From the NCBI GenBank assembly GCA_964352245.1, contig CAYGQX010000006.1:7396-71395 (forward strand): DNA of 64,000 nt, written 5' to 3'. Source of the DNA: an uncultured Porphyrobacter sp. (GTDB lineage: Bacteria > Pseudomonadota > Alphaproteobacteria > Sphingomonadales > Sphingomonadaceae). The translations under genes were made by a program, and so were the position numbers. This document shows, in pieces, positions 59,561 through 64,000 of the stretch (within the stretch, counting starts at the first letter, position 1; each line of letters starts with the position of its first letter). Below the pieces are notes generated by a model. That model saw only the letters and a list, made by a program, of their open reading frames with translations, did not search any database and had not been told where the DNA came from.

Positions 59561-61012
59561 ATGCCCGAACAAACCGCCAACAATCAGAACACTGAATGGG
59601 ACGAAATGGTGCGCGGTGCCAATTCGGAGCGAAAGGCAGGCAATGTTGGCGAAGCTGCCCGTTTGTTCGATACGGTTTTGGCAGCCGCACCCGGTCACTC
59701 CAATGCATTGCACGGAAAGGCACGTCTGGCCTTGGCTTGTGGAGAATCTGATGCACTGAGCTGGTTCGAAAAAGCGCTCAAAGCAGATCCGGGCAATGCG
59801 GACCTATGGTTAGGCAAGGCCCAAGCTCTTGATGTCGCCGGAGATGCGAAGGGAGCCAGACTTATCGCAAAACAAATCTGCGATCAGGCCCCAAGCTTCA
59901 TCGCTGCTCTAGAATTTCTCGCCGGTCTGAGCTTAGCAGCGGGCGACGCCGACTTTGCCGAAGGTTTCCGAATAGCGGCAAGCAGCATTCCTCAAGACCC
60001 AAATATACCCGCAGCGCACACCGAGGTGTTGGCTGGCTTGGATTACGCCGGTGCCGCAGCAGATGTCGCCCGAGAGGCAAGAAAGCGTTTTCCAAATGAG
60101 CCGCATTTCGCTTTGCTGGAAGCAGCAAATGCAAGTGCAGACGGTCAATGGGACCGCGCCGAGGCTATTTTCTCAGCATTGAATTATGACGCTCCTTTCA
60201 GAAAGCTACACGAGGCACGTCACTGCATAAGAGCCGGTGATACGCGTAGCGCGGACGGCCATCTTCAAAGTGTCCTCGCCGTTGTCCCTTGGAACACAGC
60301 TGCTTGGGCTTTGCGGGCAATTGTATGGCGCATGGATGGCGATGCGCGAGCCGATTGGCTGCACGATCAGGATCGGATGATCCAATTACGTCCTGTCCAA
60401 TGCCGGTCCAACCTCATTGATGACGTAGTAAATGTGCTTCGAACACTGCATGAAACAAGCGCAATGCCTTTAAGCCAATCTCTTCGTGGCGGCACTCAGA
60501 CACGCGGTGTACTTTTTCATAGGCATGATGCCGTGCTGGATGAACTGCACCAAGCAATCCTTGCCACTCTTGAAGACTACCGGGCTGAATTGCCGAATAT
60601 AGACAAATTGCACCCTCTTCTTCGGCATAAAGACTCGCCTTGGAAATTGACCGGATCATGGTCTGTTCGGTTGCAAAGCGGGCAGCGCGGTAGAGCCAAG
60701 TCGGGCGATTATCACACATCTCATATCCACCCCGGTGGCATATTATCGAGCGCGCTCTATTGCCAAGTGCCAGAGATTGCGGGTGATGAAAATATCAAGC
60801 AAGGTTGGCTCGAACTTGGCCGTCCCCCTGCAGATCTCGGCCTCAAAATCGGCCCAATCTGCATGCTAAAACCCCTTAAAGGTCACCTCGCATTGTTCCC
60901 CTCAACGCTGTACCACGGCACCTCTGCGTTTGTCTCCAACCGTCAAGAAGAGCGCATTACGACGGCATTTGACGTGGCTCCTGAACATTTTTCACCGACA
61001 CACATCGGATGA
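59561..61012 (+). CDS. TPR-repeat protein with C-terminal putative 2OG-Fe(II) oxygenase domain
   Basis: Ala-rich TPR-like helices; QSLRGGTQT, W...L..., YHTSHIHPGGILSSALY, GWLELGRPP, FPSTLYHGT, RITTAFD. Confidence 0.85.
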   Translation: MPEQTANNQNTEWDEMVRGANSERKAGNVGEAARLFDTVLAAAPGHSNALHGKARLALACGESDALSWFEKALKADPGNADLWLGKAQALDVAGDAKGARLIAKQICDQAPSFIAALEFLAGLSLAAGDADFAEGFRIAASSIPQDPNIPAAHTEVLAGLDYAGAAADVAREARKRFPNEPHFALLEAANASADGQWDRAEAIFSALNYDAPFRKLHEARHCIRAGDTRSADGHLQSVLAVVPWNTAAWALRAIVWRMDGDARADWLHDQDRMIQLRPVQCRSNLIDDVVNVLRTLHETSAMPLSQSLRGGTQTRGVLFHRHDAVLDELHQAILATLEDYRAELPNIDKLHPLLRHKDSPWKLTGSWSVRLQSGQRGRAKSGDYHTSHIHPGGILSSALYCQVPEIAGDENIKQGWLELGRPPADLGLKIGPICMLKPLKGHLALFPSTLYHGTSAFVSNRQEERITTAFDVAPEHFSPTHIG

Positions 61013-61417
61013 AGGAGCCCGGTTCTACGTCTCGTTTAACCCAATTTGAGGTATCGATTTTTTTTAGCGTCATTTAACTAATCGGTAACTTTGCATCACC
61101 TGGAAGTTGGCAAACCCCAGCAAATCCGCGCTTTCCAAATTTGCCGATTTTACAGTGTTGCAAACGGGCTACATGGTAATCCGATTTTGGCGAAAATTGC
61201 GCCTCCCGACTTCCCTTGCCCCCTTAAAGTGTTCATTTCACCGTCAGAGACAAGCCTCTGTTGGGTGTTTTGAGCTGTAAAGCTATTTAAACTCGATGGA
61301 AATTGTCCCGAAGAAGGAGTGATTTTCAAGGTGAGCGAAAGTGTTCAGCTTCAAAATCGCACCAAATATGCGTCAGTCGGGCAACCGGCTGATCACCATA
61401 ACAAGGGTACATTACCA

Positions 61418-64000
61418 ATGAAAAAGACCACACAATTGCGACTGAGCGCCGGTTCGGTTGCTGTGGGCCTCGCGCTCGCAGCGTCACCGTCCTTTGCTCA
61501 GGAAGCCGATACGGAAGAAGAAACCGTAGTACGCGACGCCATCATCGTGACCGGTTCACGCGTCACTGACCCCAACCTGCTTTTGTCGAGCCCAGTTGCA
61601 GCGGTTGGCGAAGAAGAACTGACACTTCGCGCAACCAACGTCGCTGAACAGTTCCTTCGCGAACTTCCTGGCGCGATCCCAAGCATCGGTTCAGCCGTTA
61701 ACAACGGCAATGGCGGTGCATCTTTCGTCAACCTTCGCGGCGTGGGCTCGGTTCGTAACCTCGTCCTGCTCGACGGTCGTCGCTTCGTCCCAGCTGACGA
61801 AACTGGCCGTGTTGACTTGAACAACATCCCGCTCGCAGTGATTGAGCGTACCGACATCCTGACCGGTGGTGCTACAACCACGTACGGTGCGGACGCTGTG
61901 TCTGGTGTTGTCAACTTCATCACCAAGAAAGACTTCGCCGGTGTTCAGGCTGACATTACCAGCCAAATCACCGAAGAAGGCGATGGCGAGCTTTTCCGTG
62001 CGGAACTCACCATCGGTGCCAATTTCGACGATGGCCGTGGTAACGCAGTCCTCAGTGTTGGCTACCAGAACCAAGAAGCTGTGTTCCAGGGCGACCGCTC
62101 GTTCTCTGAATTCAACGTCAGCTCGTTCTCAGGCCAACCTGGTGGTTCTTCGAACGCAGTTCCTGCAAACATCGTGTTCACTTCGCCGGTTGATCCACTG
62201 ACAATCTGTGATGAAACCTTGTTCCCAGATCCTACGACCTGTCCTGTGTTTGCTGGGACGCTATTCCGTGACGGTTCACTTAACGCTGACGGCACGCTAG
62301 CGCGCACGACGTTCTCAGGGCTTGGCTTCACCAACGGTCTGGCTGCTCAGATTAATAATGACGGCACTGACATCATCTCGAATGATCCGACAAACCAGTT
62401 GGACAATGGTGAGTTCAACCCAACACCATTTAACTTCAACCCGTTCAACATTTTCCAGACACCGTTCGAGCGTTACAATATCTTCGGTCAGGCAAACTAC
62501 GAAGTTTCGCCCGGTTTCGAAGTGTATTCGCAAGCTACGTTCTCTAAGCAAACCGTTTCGACGATCATTGCTCCTGGTGGATCGTTCTTCAACACCTACA
62601 CGTTGAACCTCAACAACCCACTGATCCCTGAAGCGATTGCTCAGCGTTTTGGTGCGGGTCTTGGCCTGACTGGTGCAGCTTACACTGCTGCTCGTAATAC
62701 CCAGTTTGGCCCGACACTGGCTGACGGTTCGCAGAACCCTGATTACGTCGAATTCGACTCACAGGTTCGTCGTCGTACAGTTGAGATCGGCACACGTAAC
62801 TCCGACTTCACCACCACACTCTTCAACATTGTGGTTGGCGCACGCGGAAGCATCACCGACAACATCGAATATGACCTGTTCGCAACATACGGCGAATCAG
62901 AGCGTATCCAGCAACAGTCTGGCTTTGCTCGTTTGCCTCGACTGCAACAGGCTCTCCTCGCCATCCCTGATGGTGCTGGCGGCGCAGTTTGTGTTGATGC
63001 ATCAGGCGGCTGTGCTCCGGTGGATCTGTTCGGTCCGGCTGGCGACCTTGGTAGCCAAGCTTCACAGGACTTCGTGTTCAACCTGACACAGATGGTTGTC
63101 GACACCTCGTCGATCGCTACTGTTCAAGGTACGATCTTCGGCGATCTTCCGATCAACCTGTTCGCTGACACTCCGGTAAACTTCGCCGTTGGTGCGGAAT
63201 ATCGTGAGTTCACCACCAGCCAGTTCGCTGACGATGCGTCGCAAGCTGGTCAGGTTGTCGGCGGCGGTGCTGCTGATCCGAACTTTAGCGGTTCTTATGA
63301 CGTCTTTGACGTATACGGCGAGCTTATCGTTCCGGTTCTCGAAGGCGTGCCTTTCGCAGAGCAACTGACGATCGACCTTGGTGCCCGTTATTCGCAGTAC
63401 GAACTGTCGAGCAACGAGTTCACATGGAAAGTCGGCGCGACCTGGGCGCCAGTGGATGGCTTCTCAATCCGCGGTAACTTCCAGCGCGCTGCTCGTGCAC
63501 CGAACATTGGCGAGCTGTTCTTCCCGGTCATCACCGGCTTGAACAACCTTGCTATTGATCCTTGCGCTGGCGCGGCACCGACAACAGACGCAGCTCTTGC
63601 TGCAGTCTGTATCGCACAGGGTGCACCTGCTGCTCTCGTCAACGGCGGTCTGATCGGACAGCCTCCTGCTGGCCAGATCAACGTGACCACTGGTGGAAAC
63701 CTCAACCTCGACACTGAACAGGCTGAAACCTGGACACTTGGCTTCATTGCGCAGCCAGCAGCTGTCCCAGGCCTGACGCTTACTGTCGACTACTTCAATA
63801 TCAGCATTGAAGATGCCATTGGTTCACCAGCAATCGGTGACATCATCGGTGGTTGTTACAACAGCGGAAACCTTGATTTCGGAACCAACGAATTCTGTCA
63901 GCTGGTCTCGCGTAGCACGACCACTGGTGAAATCGCTGGTGCTGTGAACGAAGTTCAAGGCCTCATCCAGAACCTGACCAACCTCGGTCGCATCCAGACA
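61418..64000 (+). CDS. TonB-dependent outer membrane receptor (partial; 3' end runs off the window)
   Basis: Manually located ATG at 61418; signal peptide; TonB box IIVTGSR; plug motifs NLRGVGSVRNLVLLDGRR, DLNNIP, YGADAVSGVVNFI; frame open to the end of the window. Confidence 0.95.
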   Translation, partial: MKKTTQLRLSAGSVAVGLALAASPSFAQEADTEEETVVRDAIIVTGSRVTDPNLLLSSPVAAVGEEELTLRATNVAEQFLRELPGAIPSIGSAVNNGNGGASFVNLRGVGSVRNLVLLDGRRFVPADETGRVDLNNIPLAVIERTDILTGGATTTYGADAVSGVVNFITKKDFAGVQADITSQITEEGDGELFRAELTIGANFDDGRGNAVLSVGYQNQEAVFQGDRSFSEFNVSSFSGQPGGSSNAVPANIVFTSPVDPLTICDETLFPDPTTCPVFAGTLFRDGSLNADGTLARTTFSGLGFTNGLAAQINNDGTDIISNDPTNQLDNGEFNPTPFNFNPFNIFQTPFERYNIFGQANYEVSPGFEVYSQATFSKQTVSTIIAPGGSFFNTYTLNLNNPLIPEAIAQRFGAGLGLTGAAYTAARNTQFGPTLADGSQNPDYVEFDSQVRRRTVEIGTRNSDFTTTLFNIVVGARGSITDNIEYDLFATYGESERIQQQSGFARLPRLQQALLAIPDGAGGAVCVDASGGCAPVDLFGPAGDLGSQASQDFVFNLTQMVVDTSSIATVQGTIFGDLPINLFADTPVNFAVGAEYREFTTSQFADDASQAGQVVGGGAADPNFSGSYDVFDVYGELIVPVLEGVPFAEQLTIDLGARYSQYELSSNEFTWKVGATWAPVDGFSIRGNFQRAARAPNIGELFFPVITGLNNLAIDPCAGAAPTTDAALAAVCIAQGAPAALVNGGLIGQPPAGQINVTTGGNLNLDTEQAETWTLGFIAQPAAVPGLTLTVDYFNISIEDAIGSPAIGDIIGGCYNSGNLDFGTNEFCQLVSRSTTTGEIAGAVNEVQGLIQNLTNLGRIQT

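Overview
A 64-kb chromosomal window from a sphingomonad alphaproteobacterium, most likely Erythrobacteraceae (inferred from gene order, protein style and the cpa/tad and tat-scpAB-nagZ-SPOR-argS arrangements). It is mostly housekeeping: the start of the dcw cluster (mraZ-rsmH-ftsL-ftsI-murE-murF-mraY-murD), cysK, ferredoxin, AlkA-type glycosylase, S9 peptidase, ccmAB, map, M17 aminopeptidase, argC, glnB-glnA, bpt, ilvA, tatABC, scpAB, nagZ, argS, ispH-thrB-rnhA, a Tad/Cpa pilus cluster lacking ATPase and pilin, a beta-oxidation-like run, and a TPR-2OG-Fe(II) oxygenase next to a large TonB-dependent receptor. I recognised no rRNA, tRNA, CRISPR array, integrase or transposase. Two accessory loci stand out. 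(1) An orphan two-gene module at 26.6-27.9 kb: a single-TM protein with a GAF-like C-terminal domain, resembling T4 holin architecture, translationally coupled to a GH24 lysozyme, with no prophage around it. (2) An about 1.6-kb island at 55.7-57.3 kb studded with degenerate ATGNCNGC...GCNGNCAT palindromic units and bounded by inverted copies. It carries a GC-rich Imm11/DUF1629-like immunity gene, a broken upstream toxin-like frame and a 51-aa ORF, and it splits a co-oriented beta-oxidation run like a recombinase-less gene-cassette array. Several non-coding structures are also reported, including a helically phased GGG/CCC array upstream of mraZ and NtrC-like and CtrA-like sites upstream of bpt. 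All family assignments are by eye from motifs; no database searches were run.
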